Source of the DNA: a virus
Taxonomy: Duplodnaviria > Caudoviricetes
IMG/VR virus record: IMGVR_UViG_3300043395_004688
Length of the DNA: 64,000 bases
Reading direction: 5' to 3' (one strand)
Shown here piece by piece: positions 47,183-56,302 of the stretch. The translations under genes were made by a program, and so were the position numbers. Numbering within the stretch: position 1 is the stretch's first letter; every line of letters starts with the position of its first letter. The notes beneath the pieces are model-generated. The model saw only the letters and a program-made list of their open reading frames with translations, did no database searches and was not told the origin of the DNA.

Positions 47183-49564
47183 ATGGCTCAGCTAGTTTCC
47201 CCAGGCGTAAGTGTTAGCATTATTGATGAAAGTGCTTATGCATCAGCTGGTAACGGAACGGTTCCTGTTATTGTGTTGGCCACCCGAGCCAACAAAACAG
47301 CACCTGACGGTTCTACAGCACTTTATACAACAGCACCTTACATTAAAAAGCCGCTACTGCTTACAAGTCAAAGAGAATTGGCGCAGTTATACGGCGAACC
47401 AGAATTTACCATTGTTGATGGTACACCAATTCACGGTCACGAACTAAACGAATACGGTTTGTTGGCAGCATATTACTACCTAGGTATTGCCAATCGCGCA
47501 ATCCTAGTTCGCGCAGATTTAAAGATGGAAGAATTGGAGCCAAGCGAAACTGCTCCAGCAGGTCCTCCTACCAACAACCAATACTGGGTAGAAAGCGATG
47601 TAACATCATGGGGTATTTTTGAATACTCAGGAACTGCTTGGGTATCCAAAGCAGTTACAGTATCCAATGGTGTACCGGGTGTCAGCACCGGCAGCAACGG
47701 TCAATATGCCGTAGATGTTTCAAATGCCTTGTTTGAGTTTTACAAGAAAGTCAGCGGAGTATGGAAAAAAGTTACTTCAAGTGACCTTTCTCAAACTGTC
47801 AATGTTGGTCCACACTACAATGTTCCAACTGGTTCTGTAGCCGGTGATGTGTGGTTTAAGACAACAACTCCTAATGCAGGTTTTAACCTTAAGCTGAAGA
47901 AGTACAATGCAACATCTGAAAGCTGGACTGTACAAGCAATTGGACCAGGCAAGATTGACATGTTGGTTGCATATGAAGATAATGCCACTGCATCAGCTGC
48001 GTTTGGTGCAGGTTTAAGCACTAACGACATTTATGTTCAAACAGCAGATCCAAATGCCGCAGCTTTTACAATCAAGCGTTATACAGGCAGTACTTGGATT
48101 AGCTTGGAACCTAGTGTTTCTGCCACTGCTCCAACTGGTGCAATTCCTGATGGCAAACTATGGTACGATGCCGGTGATACTGTTGACATGTACATCAAAG
48201 ATACTGTTGGTGGAGTACCAACTTGGAAGCCTGTTTCCAGCGTAACAGTAAACACTGAAGAACCAGGTACACCAAGCCAAGGAGATGTTTGGATTGATAC
48301 CAATGACATGGCAAACTATCCTGTTATTAAATTTTATGATGGTTCAGATTGGGTAACACGCGACAACGCAGACCAAACAACCGAAAACGGATGCTTGTTC
48401 GTTGACCTAACTGCCACAGCAGGTGACACCAGCGGTGTTGCAGGTGGTGCAACACCAATGGACGATGAAACACCAAATCCTGCTTATTATCCAGACGACA
48501 TGCTGTTATGGAATCATGCAGTAAGCTCAGGTAATGTCAAGCGTTGGAATGCCACAGAAGAGTTCTGGCAAACAGAATCTGGTAACATTGATTCAGGACC
48601 AAAAGCTGGTTCACCTTACATGTTTGAAAAGGCTCAGCGTCGTGTAGTTGTCAAGCGTCTACAGGAAGCATTGGCTGATAACGAAGAACTTCGTGCAGAA
48701 ACACTAACATTCAACATCATTGCCACACCTGGCTATGTTGAGTGCTTGGACGAAATGATTACATTGAATGTGGATCGTAAGGAAACTGCATTTGTAATCG
48801 CTGACACACCAATGAAGCTTTCAAGCAGAATGAGCGATGTTACAACATGGGCAAATGGTACCAACGCTGGTACTAACGGAGCAGATGGACTGGTAACACG
48901 CAACGGCGGAGCAGCAATTTACTACCCAAGCTGCTTGTCAACTGACTTATCAGGTAACGATGTAGCTGTACCAGCAAGCCATGCAGTATTGCGCGGTATT
49001 GCTTACAATGACTTGGTTAGCTATCCATGGTTTGCACCAGCTGGTCTAACACGCGGTGCTCTAAGCGGTATCAGCAACCTAGGCCTAGTAAATTCAGAAA
49101 ATGAGTTTATGCCAGTCGCGCTAAACCAAGGGCAGAGAGATACTCTGTACTTGAAGAAGATCAACCCAATGGTCAACTTCCCAGGACAAGGTCTGTACAT
49201 TTGGGGTCAAAAGACTCTGTATCCAGCAGACTCTGCACTTGATCGTGTAAACGTTGGACGACTATTGGCTTACTTGCGCGAAAGATTTGATGTTATTGCT
49301 CGTCCGTTCATCTTTGAACCAAACGACAAGCGCACAAGAGATCGCGTAGTAGCAGTATTCAACGGCTTTATGGAAGACTTGTTTGTTAAGAGAGCCGTAT
49401 ACGACTTCTTGGTAGTATGTGATGAAACAAACAACACACCAGCAAGAATTGATAGAAACGAACTGTACATTGATGTGGCAATTGAGCCAGTTAAAGCCGC
49501 AGAATTCATCTACATTCCTGTTAGAGTGGTTAACACTGGCGCGATTGCCGGTGGTACACGCTAA
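47183..49564 (+). CDS. gp18: Tail sheath protein (T4 gp18)
   Basis: LVSPGVSVSIIDES N-terminus; YPWFAPAGLTRG, IWGQKTL, DRVNVGRLL, IEPVKAAEFIYI. Confidence 0.96.
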   Translation: MAQLVSPGVSVSIIDESAYASAGNGTVPVIVLATRANKTAPDGSTALYTTAPYIKKPLLLTSQRELAQLYGEPEFTIVDGTPIHGHELNEYGLLAAYYYLGIANRAILVRADLKMEELEPSETAPAGPPTNNQYWVESDVTSWGIFEYSGTAWVSKAVTVSNGVPGVSTGSNGQYAVDVSNALFEFYKKVSGVWKKVTSSDLSQTVNVGPHYNVPTGSVAGDVWFKTTTPNAGFNLKLKKYNATSESWTVQAIGPGKIDMLVAYEDNATASAAFGAGLSTNDIYVQTADPNAAAFTIKRYTGSTWISLEPSVSATAPTGAIPDGKLWYDAGDTVDMYIKDTVGGVPTWKPVSSVTVNTEEPGTPSQGDVWIDTNDMANYPVIKFYDGSDWVTRDNADQTTENGCLFVDLTATAGDTSGVAGGATPMDDETPNPAYYPDDMLLWNHAVSSGNVKRWNATEEFWQTESGNIDSGPKAGSPYMFEKAQRRVVVKRLQEALADNEELRAETLTFNIIATPGYVECLDEMITLNVDRKETAFVIADTPMKLSSRMSDVTTWANGTNAGTNGADGLVTRNGGAAIYYPSCLSTDLSGNDVAVPASHAVLRGIAYNDLVSYPWFAPAGLTRGALSGISNLGLVNSENEFMPVALNQGQRDTLYLKKINPMVNFPGQGLYIWGQKTLYPADSALDRVNVGRLLAYLRERFDVIARPFIFEPNDKRTRDRVVAVFNGFMEDLFVKRAVYDFLVVCDETNNTPARIDRNELYIDVAIEPVKAAEFIYIPVRVVNTGAIAGGTR

Positions 49565-49586
49565 ATAGCACTGAGGAGAATTCAAA

Positions 49587-50201
49587 ATGGCAGTCAATTT
49601 AGACAAATTTAATGTACCAGGCGGAGCCGACGGTGTTTTGGTTCAACCAAAGCTTTCTTATAGATTTAGAGTTACTCTGATAAGCTTTGGTTCCAACGCA
49701 GAAACTCAGCAGCTAACAAGCCAAGTTGTAAGCGTTAGCAGACCCAGTCTCACACACGACGATGTGGTTGTTGATGTTTACAACTCAAGAATCTTCTTGG
49801 CCGGTAAGCACACCTGGGATCCTATTACGCTAACAGTTCGTGATGATGTAACAGGTGGTGTTGCCAGGGCTATTGCAAGTCAAATTCAAAAGCAAGTTGA
49901 TCACGCTGATCAGGCCAGTGCTAAATCAGGTAGCGGTTACAAGTTTGAAGTGAAAATTGAAAACTTAGACGGTTCAAATCCTGCCACCGGCGAGGGCGTA
50001 CTTGATGTGTGGCACCTTGGTGGTTGTTATATTCAAAACGTAAACTACGGCGAAAATAACTATGCAACCAGCGATCCGTTACAGATTACAATCGCTATCA
50101 AGTATGATAATGCAAATCATTACCTAGGCGAAGAATCTGAAGCATTACTAGAAGGCGGCGTAGGTACGCCATCTGATCCAGCTTCACAGTCTGGCGGTTA
50201 A
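49587..50201 (+). CDS. gp19: Tail tube protein (T4 gp19-like)
   Basis: QPKLSYRFRV...AGKHTWDPITLTVRDD; after sheath; TAAATA at 49562 and SD GAGGAG. Confidence 0.9.
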   Translation: MAVNLDKFNVPGGADGVLVQPKLSYRFRVTLISFGSNAETQQLTSQVVSVSRPSLTHDDVVVDVYNSRIFLAGKHTWDPITLTVRDDVTGGVARAIASQIQKQVDHADQASAKSGSGYKFEVKIENLDGSNPATGEGVLDVWHLGGCYIQNVNYGENNYATSDPLQITIAIKYDNANHYLGEESEALLEGGVGTPSDPASQSGG

Positions 50202-50267
50202 TATAAACTGAAGCTTTAATAAAAGTGATAAGTAAGTGTAAGCAAACTGCTTGCCCTTACATAGATG

Positions 50268-50292
50268 AAAAGGGCGAGAAATCGCCCTTTTC
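50268..50292 (+). terminator. Intrinsic terminator after tail tube gene
   Basis: AAAAGGGCGA-GAAA-TCGCCCTTTT. Confidence 0.8.
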
Positions 50293-50311
50293 TATTGGAG
50301 CAAAATTGTAG

Positions 50312-51754
50312 ATGACTTATAGTAATACAGCAACTAAAAGAATAATGTCAGGCATTCAGTCTCACGGAAGTGGGATTGGACTGGGCGAAAACTTCCCTTA
50401 TTTAAAATATGCATGGGAACTTTATGTTCGAGATACCGACGGCAAAGGAAACCTATTAATAGGATTACCACCATTGGTTGCAAAAACAGTTGAACTTCCC
50501 CGTTGGAGCACCGACACACAATTGATAAATGTCTATAATCACAAAACAATTGTCCAGACAAAATTCAATTGGGAGCCAATTACTATTAGTTTTTATGATC
50601 AGATCAACAAGTCAGCTGAATGCTTGATTTGGCATTTTGTAAAAGCACAATTTGATGCGCCCGACGGTAGTAAAGCACCCAAGCACAAAGATCTTGACCT
50701 AGAAATCCGTATGAAAAATCTCAGCGGGCCTAGCGCACAAGATAAGGTATACAAGCTAAAAAAAGCCTACATTGTTGATGCTCAGCACGATACCTTAGAC
50801 TATTCTACCAGTGATGTTGTTCTTTGGACTGTTACTGTTAGATATGAAGAATTAGAAATAGATGACTGTGACTTTAAAGGACCAGCACCAGTGGCTGCAA
50901 CCGGCGTAGCTCGACAACCAAGACCCGCCCCGCAAAGAAGAGAAGATAGAAGAACAACCAGTTCAAACTTCACTCCTCAGACTCAGCAAAGAATACCACC
51001 AGATGCTAGAACAGAAACCGAACCTAATCGTTGGGTGGAAGCTGGTGGCCTAGAAACAGCAGGTGGCGCAGCCTACGGAAATCCAACATTGCTGCGTCAA
51101 GGCGAAAGAATTCGTAGAAACAGAGAAGAACAAGCACGACTAAGAAGAGAGCGCGAAGCACAAAACCCACCAGGTCCAAGCGTTGGCGAGCGCATTAGAA
51201 ATTTCTTTAGTTGGCCATCTCGCAATCAAACCAATGCACCCGGAGGAACAGGCTCCTCAATGGAAGCAGAAGGATTTAGCGTTCCACCAGGTGCAACAAG
51301 CAATCCCAGCACTGGACCAAATACTCCGGCAACAACAAATCGCCAACCACAAAGACCACTGACTTCCACACAGCGAACTGTCATAGAAAACGAACGCGAA
51401 AGTATGCGTAATGCAAACTTTAACCCAGCATGGAAAGAAGCTTATATAAGAAACCTTGAACAAAATCCTCCGGTTACTGATAGTGCTCAGTCTGCTGCCG
51501 CAGCAAGACGCATTGCTGAAGCTCGAGCGTCAGCCGAACATCCACGATATCCAAGTCAGGTCAGAGTAACAAGAACCGATGGATCAAGTGTTACTACTAA
51601 TCGAGAATCTGCACCTGCTCCTGTTCGCAATGGCAGCGAAGTTCAGCGCACACGACCTAACGATGTTCGAGGAAACGAAGCAGTTGAAAGACAGCAAAGA
51701 CTAGAGCAGCAAAATAGAAATAGATCAACACCGTCTACACCACCCGGTGGCTAA
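50312..51754 (+). CDS. Tube-like (gp19/gp54 paralogue) domain with long low-complexity tail
   Basis: KTVELPRW...YNHKTIVQTKFNWEPITISFYD...LDYSTSD...TVTVRYE, then about 280 aa rich in R/Q/P/E/N/T. Confidence 0.7.
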   Translation: MTYSNTATKRIMSGIQSHGSGIGLGENFPYLKYAWELYVRDTDGKGNLLIGLPPLVAKTVELPRWSTDTQLINVYNHKTIVQTKFNWEPITISFYDQINKSAECLIWHFVKAQFDAPDGSKAPKHKDLDLEIRMKNLSGPSAQDKVYKLKKAYIVDAQHDTLDYSTSDVVLWTVTVRYEELEIDDCDFKGPAPVAATGVARQPRPAPQRREDRRTTSSNFTPQTQQRIPPDARTETEPNRWVEAGGLETAGGAAYGNPTLLRQGERIRRNREEQARLRREREAQNPPGPSVGERIRNFFSWPSRNQTNAPGGTGSSMEAEGFSVPPGATSNPSTGPNTPATTNRQPQRPLTSTQRTVIENERESMRNANFNPAWKEAYIRNLEQNPPVTDSAQSAAAARRIAEARASAEHPRYPSQVRVTRTDGSSVTTNRESAPAPVRNGSEVQRTRPNDVRGNEAVERQQRLEQQNRNRSTPSTPPGG

Positions 51755-51768
51755 CAAGGAAACATCAC

Positions 51769-52059
51769 ATGGCAGAATACAAGACAATATCGCAAGTTGA
51801 ATTTGATAAATCAACACAAAGAATTACTTCGCTGGGACTAAGCCGAGTATCTGCTGAAAACATAGTCTTATCTTTTTGGAAAATTTCTCAGGACCTAGAT
51901 TTAGACTTTAAAAAATTTTTAGATGCTAGCATTGTTGATGGTCAGCTAGATGTTGACCAACGAGTACTAGATTATATTAACAAAACATTACCACCTACAA
52001 TTCGTTATAGAAAAGACACTCTTAGCAAAGCATCTAATCTTGTATTGCGTGAACTATAA
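51769..52059 (+). CDS. Hypothetical protein
   Basis: 96 aa, SD AAGGA, coupled to gp4. Confidence 0.65.
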   Translation: MAEYKTISQVEFDKSTQRITSLGLSRVSAENIVLSFWKISQDLDLDFKKFLDASIVDGQLDVDQRVLDYINKTLPPTIRYRKDTLSKASNLVLREL

Positions 52060-52508
52060 TGGCCAGAAGTTACTCGCAAGGGTTTTATACGCTAATCCAT
52101 CCAGAAAAATATGTAGGATCTGGAACTCCAAAATATCGCAGTGGTTGGGAACTAACTTTTATGCGATTTTGTGATAACCATCCTAGTGTGATTAGCTGGG
52201 CCAGTGAAAATGTAAGAATACCTTACAAGAATCCTTTCACTGGCAGAGACACATTTTATGTTCCTGATTTTTTTGTAGTTTATCAAAACGGTGCTGGCCG
52301 CCAAGCCGAGCTCATTGAAATCAAGCCCAAAGGGCAAACAGTTATGGAACATGCTCGCAGTCAACAAGAAAAGGCTGCTGTGGCGCTTAACATGGTAAAA
52401 TGGCAAGCTGCACAGATATGGTGCAAGCGCATGGGTGCTAAATTTAGAGTATTAACAGAAGAAGATATCTACAATAATACTAATCCCACTAAGAAGCAGC
52501 GCAAATAG
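52059..52508 (+). CDS. gp4: Head completion nuclease (T4 gp4, TnsA-like)
   Basis: PEKYVG...YRSGWE...WASE...YVPDFFV...IEIKP...KWQAA. Confidence 0.92.
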   Translation: MARSYSQGFYTLIHPEKYVGSGTPKYRSGWELTFMRFCDNHPSVISWASENVRIPYKNPFTGRDTFYVPDFFVVYQNGAGRQAELIEIKPKGQTVMEHARSQQEKAAVALNMVKWQAAQIWCKRMGAKFRVLTEEDIYNNTNPTKKQRK

Positions 52509-52521
52509 TCATAAGTAGTTC

Positions 52522-53034
52522 ATGACTAAAAAATTAGAAGAGGTATTTGGTTTTCCATCTATTGAGGAAACTAACCTCGAACTGAACACTCAAGCAGAAG
52601 CACAAGTTCCTGAAGAAATTCAACGCGAGCTAGAAACTGCTGCGGCTACAATTGACATGGCAAATCGTGTTGATATAGCTCTCCCAACAGTAACTGACAT
52701 GTCTAGTGCTGAACGCGAATTAGACAGTTTAGCTAGCAAAGCACAGGAACAGAGTGAACGCTTAATGGATTTAGGATTTAATGTTGACGACAGGAATGCT
52801 GGTAAAATCTTTGAAGTGGCTGCACAGTTATTAAAAACAGCAGTAGATGCAAAAACTGCCAAGCTTGAAAAGAAGCTCAAAATGGTTGAACTGCAACTAC
52901 GCAAAGCTCGCCTAGACAGCGACAAAAAAGAAAATCCAGACAATAATGTACTTGATGCAACAGACAATGGCGTAGTTGGCAATCGCAATGACATTGTAAA
53001 AGCCATCCTAAAGAGTGTGGGTAATAATAAATAG
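52522..53034 (+). CDS. gp16: Terminase small subunit (T4 gp16-like)
   Basis: MTKKLEEVF...RNAGKIFEVAAQLLKTAVDAK...NRNDIVK; TAAGTA at 52512-52517. Confidence 0.7.
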   Translation: MTKKLEEVFGFPSIEETNLELNTQAEAQVPEEIQRELETAAATIDMANRVDIALPTVTDMSSAERELDSLASKAQEQSERLMDLGFNVDDRNAGKIFEVAAQLLKTAVDAKTAKLEKKLKMVELQLRKARLDSDKKENPDNNVLDATDNGVVGNRNDIVKAILKSVGNNK

Positions 53035-53054
53035 TCACATGAGAGGATTTAATT

Positions 53055-53660
53055 ATGCCCAGTTTATTAGAATACATTAATCAACTACAGCGAGAACATC
53101 GTTATCGCGTAAAAATGATATTCTCACCTTCTGAAAAGCAACTTGAAGTACTAGAGCGACACATGAAAAAATACGACGCTCTTGAGGTTAGCCGCCCAGA
53201 AAAGCTCATGTTACAATCAAAGCCAATGGATTTCCCGCAGTACGCAGGGCATGAAGTTGTTATTGTTGATGTAGTAACTCGTTTACCAGTTAGCCATCCA
53301 ACTTTGGAAGCAGAATTGCGCGGCTTGCTTTTTGTTCCAGAAGGAACACTACGAGTTATTGGTCGCGATGAGCCAAGTGAGAAAGAAGCAAACGAAAAGA
53401 AAACAGCACCAATTACAGGCACAGACTACACTGAAGCCGAAGCAAACGCAATTTCACCGGACCAAGTTGCAGGCGACAAATACAATCAAAATCTTTTAAA
53501 AGACTTAGATGCTGCTCGCAAAGATGTCAAGGCTGGAATTGTCAAATCAGAAGCCAAGTCTGAATCCAAAGATGCTGGACCAGACTTTGAGGCAAAGCAG
53601 AGTGCAAGTCCGCTGAGTGGTGCTAAAAACCCCAAGATGCCAAAAGGAGATAAAAAATGA
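53055..53660 (+). CDS. Hypothetical late (probably head) protein
   Basis: TAAATA at 53028-53033 and SD GAGAGG; 201 aa. Confidence 0.65.
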   Translation: MPSLLEYINQLQREHRYRVKMIFSPSEKQLEVLERHMKKYDALEVSRPEKLMLQSKPMDFPQYAGHEVVIVDVVTRLPVSHPTLEAELRGLLFVPEGTLRVIGRDEPSEKEANEKKTAPITGTDYTEAEANAISPDQVAGDKYNQNLLKDLDAARKDVKAGIVKSEAKSESKDAGPDFEAKQSASPLSGAKNPKMPKGDKK

Positions 53661-54724
53661 GCAATCCAAGAGACGACTCAGATGGCGTTGAACTACATGG
53701 TAGTTTCAATGTCAAACAATTTGCTGAAATGTTAGGCTTGGATCCCAGCGATACAACCCGTTTGGCTAATTTTATTCGCAAACATAAGTCAGGACAGCGT
53801 CCTAGTTATCAAGAGGTAGGCTCTGCTGCCAAGGCCTTTATTGGCCTGGTAGATGCTCCTCAGGATATTACCAACAAAGCAGCTCTTATGTTGAGAAGAG
53901 TTGATGCTGAAAAGTATCATCAGAAACAAGAAAGTGTTCAAGCAGTAGCAGAAGGCATTCGAATGGCCAAAGAAGGCATAGAAGAATGTTGGAATGACAT
54001 GGAGGGTCAAGCAATGACACAAGACAACGCAGGCGAGCAAATGTCAGTAACAATTTCTATGCCAGGCAAGAATATCAGTGTTACTACAGACAGCGCCGAT
54101 GAAATTGGAAATATCCTACGCCTGGCAGGCATTAATGTAGGCGGTGTAGCATCAGGAGATGTAGATGGTGACGGCGATCATGACATGGCCGACCACAACG
54201 CAGAAGCACCAACCGGTGAACCAGCTGTGCTATATGTTGGTGCCGGTGATGCCCAACCTGCAATGCCTAGCGAAGTTCCTGGCGATGTAGATGGTGACGG
54301 CGACCATGACATGTCTGATCATAAAGCAGAAATGTCCGACGACAAAGAACCAAAAGAATCAGCTAAACCAGATTTCACTGATGTTGACAATGACGGCAAC
54401 GAAAAAGAATCTTGGGAAGATGCAGAAGAAGACAAGGACGAAGCCAAGAACGAGTCCATTCGTATTCTAGCTCTTGCTGGTCTCGACGAAAGCAAGCTGA
54501 TGAACAGCCCAGCTGGTACATCAATGGATGAACCAAAGGTGTTTGATAACTTGCCTAGTGAAAAAGGCACAGGCGCAGGCAAGCCAGACTACGGTACACG
54601 CCAAAGTAACATGGGCGGCGAAAACCCAATGGCCCTACACAGCTTAGATATGGAAGAATCATTCCAGGCTGCTATGGGCGAGTACAGAAAGTTTGTTGCT
54701 GAAAATATTAGCAAGAAAAAGTAA
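53657..54724 (+). CDS. Acidic probable internal head protein with DxDxDG motifs
   Basis: GDVDGDGDHDM twice, DVDNDG once; two LxLAG[IL] motifs. Confidence 0.65.
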   Translation: MSNPRDDSDGVELHGSFNVKQFAEMLGLDPSDTTRLANFIRKHKSGQRPSYQEVGSAAKAFIGLVDAPQDITNKAALMLRRVDAEKYHQKQESVQAVAEGIRMAKEGIEECWNDMEGQAMTQDNAGEQMSVTISMPGKNISVTTDSADEIGNILRLAGINVGGVASGDVDGDGDHDMADHNAEAPTGEPAVLYVGAGDAQPAMPSEVPGDVDGDGDHDMSDHKAEMSDDKEPKESAKPDFTDVDNDGNEKESWEDAEEDKDEAKNESIRILALAGLDESKLMNSPAGTSMDEPKVFDNLPSEKGTGAGKPDYGTRQSNMGGENPMALHSLDMEESFQAAMGEYRKFVAENISKKK

Positions 54725-54739
54725 GCAAGGAGGCCGGCC

Positions 54740-56290
54740 TTGGCCTTAGAAAATGTTTTTGTAAAATCACCTTTTAAAGTAGAAAAGTTCACGGACGACA
54801 ACGTCCGTGAGCTTGCCTTGTGCGCTCAAGATCCTGTATACTTCATTGACAACTATTGTTGGGTTCAGCATCCCATTCGAGGCAAGGTCAAGTTTGAACT
54901 TTACGACTATCAAAAAGAACTAATAAATTGCTATCACGAAAATCGCTATAGTATCAACATGCTTGGGCGACAGATGGGCAAGACTGCCTGTGCGGCTGCT
55001 TATCTAGTGTGGTATGCTATGTTTATACCAGATAGCACAATTCTCATTGCCGCACACAAGTTTGCTGGTGCTCAAGAAATTATGCAAAGGGTTCGTTATA
55101 CCTATGAAACATTGCCTCATTGGTTGAAGGCCGGTGCTACCAGTTACAACAAAGGTAGCATTGACTTTGACAACGGTTCGCGCATTGTATCAACTACCAC
55201 AACTGAAACAACTGCTCGCGGTATGAGTTTGTCACTGATCTACTTAGACGAGTTTGCATTCGTTAAACCAAGAATTGCCAGCGAGTTTTGGACTTCTATT
55301 TCACCAACACTATCAACTGGTGGTAAGTGTATTATTACAAGTACACCCAACCAAGACGATGATCAGTTTGCTAGAATTTGGAAAGACGCTACAAAGAACA
55401 TTGACGAGTACGGAAACACTACCAAGATTGGTCGTAACGGATTCTCTCACATCAAGTTCATATGGAGTGCTCATCCAGAGCGTGACGAAGTATGGGCTCA
55501 GGTAGAAAGAAGCAAGATTGGTGAAGAAAGATTCTTGCGCGAACACGAATGTGAATTTATTATTGCTGATGAGACCTTGGTAAATTCTATGAAGTTGGTT
55601 ACCATGGAAAGCCGAGATCCTAGCAGCAAGCTTGGGCAAGTTCGTATTTTTAAATATCCGCAGCCTCAAGGAGCCTATGTTATAGGATGGGATCCTAGCT
55701 TAGGAACTGGAGGAGATCCGGCAGCTATTCAAGTTTTCAAACTGCCTGAACTAGAGCAAATTGCTGAGTGGCAACACAACAAAACTGATGTGCAAGGTCA
55801 GCTTAGAACACTAGTTGAAATTTTAAAATGGCTCAAAGACGAAACTCGAGGCACAGCCGAGCTATACTGGAGTGTGGAAAACAACACCATAGGTGAAGCA
55901 GCACTTATTAGCATACGCGAATACGGCGAGCAAAACATTCCGGGCACATTTGTCCAAGAAATTCGAAGAGCAGGACAGAGTCGCGGTCGCCGGGGATTCA
56001 ACACAACGCATAAAGCTAAAATTACAGCCTGTATGCGACTTAAGAACTATGTTGAAAGCGACAAAATGACCATTTACAGTCATAATCTACTGCGCGAACT
56101 CAAGAACTTTATTGCCCGGGGCGCAAGCTTTGCAGCCAAAGATGGTGAAACAGACGATCTAGTAATGGCAACCATCCTAATGCTCCGCATAGTAGAAGTA
56201 GTAATGACCTGGGACGCTAACACCTATGACAGGCTGGTAAATGCAGGTTCTGAGGAAGTTCTAAAGCCCATGCCAATAGGCTTCTTGTAA
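54740..56290 (+). CDS. gp17: Terminase large subunit (T4 gp17)
   Basis: RQMGKT, LIYLDEFAF, ITSTPN, GWDPSLGTGGD, TDDLVMA; TTG start with SD AAGGAGG. Confidence 0.97.
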   Translation: MALENVFVKSPFKVEKFTDDNVRELALCAQDPVYFIDNYCWVQHPIRGKVKFELYDYQKELINCYHENRYSINMLGRQMGKTACAAAYLVWYAMFIPDSTILIAAHKFAGAQEIMQRVRYTYETLPHWLKAGATSYNKGSIDFDNGSRIVSTTTTETTARGMSLSLIYLDEFAFVKPRIASEFWTSISPTLSTGGKCIITSTPNQDDDQFARIWKDATKNIDEYGNTTKIGRNGFSHIKFIWSAHPERDEVWAQVERSKIGEERFLREHECEFIIADETLVNSMKLVTMESRDPSSKLGQVRIFKYPQPQGAYVIGWDPSLGTGGDPAAIQVFKLPELEQIAEWQHNKTDVQGQLRTLVEILKWLKDETRGTAELYWSVENNTIGEAALISIREYGEQNIPGTFVQEIRRAGQSRGRRGFNTTHKAKITACMRLKNYVESDKMTIYSHNLLRELKNFIARGASFAAKDGETDDLVMATILMLRIVEVVMTWDANTYDRLVNAGSEEVLKPMPIGFL

Positions 56291-56302
56291 CTAAATACAC
56301 AC

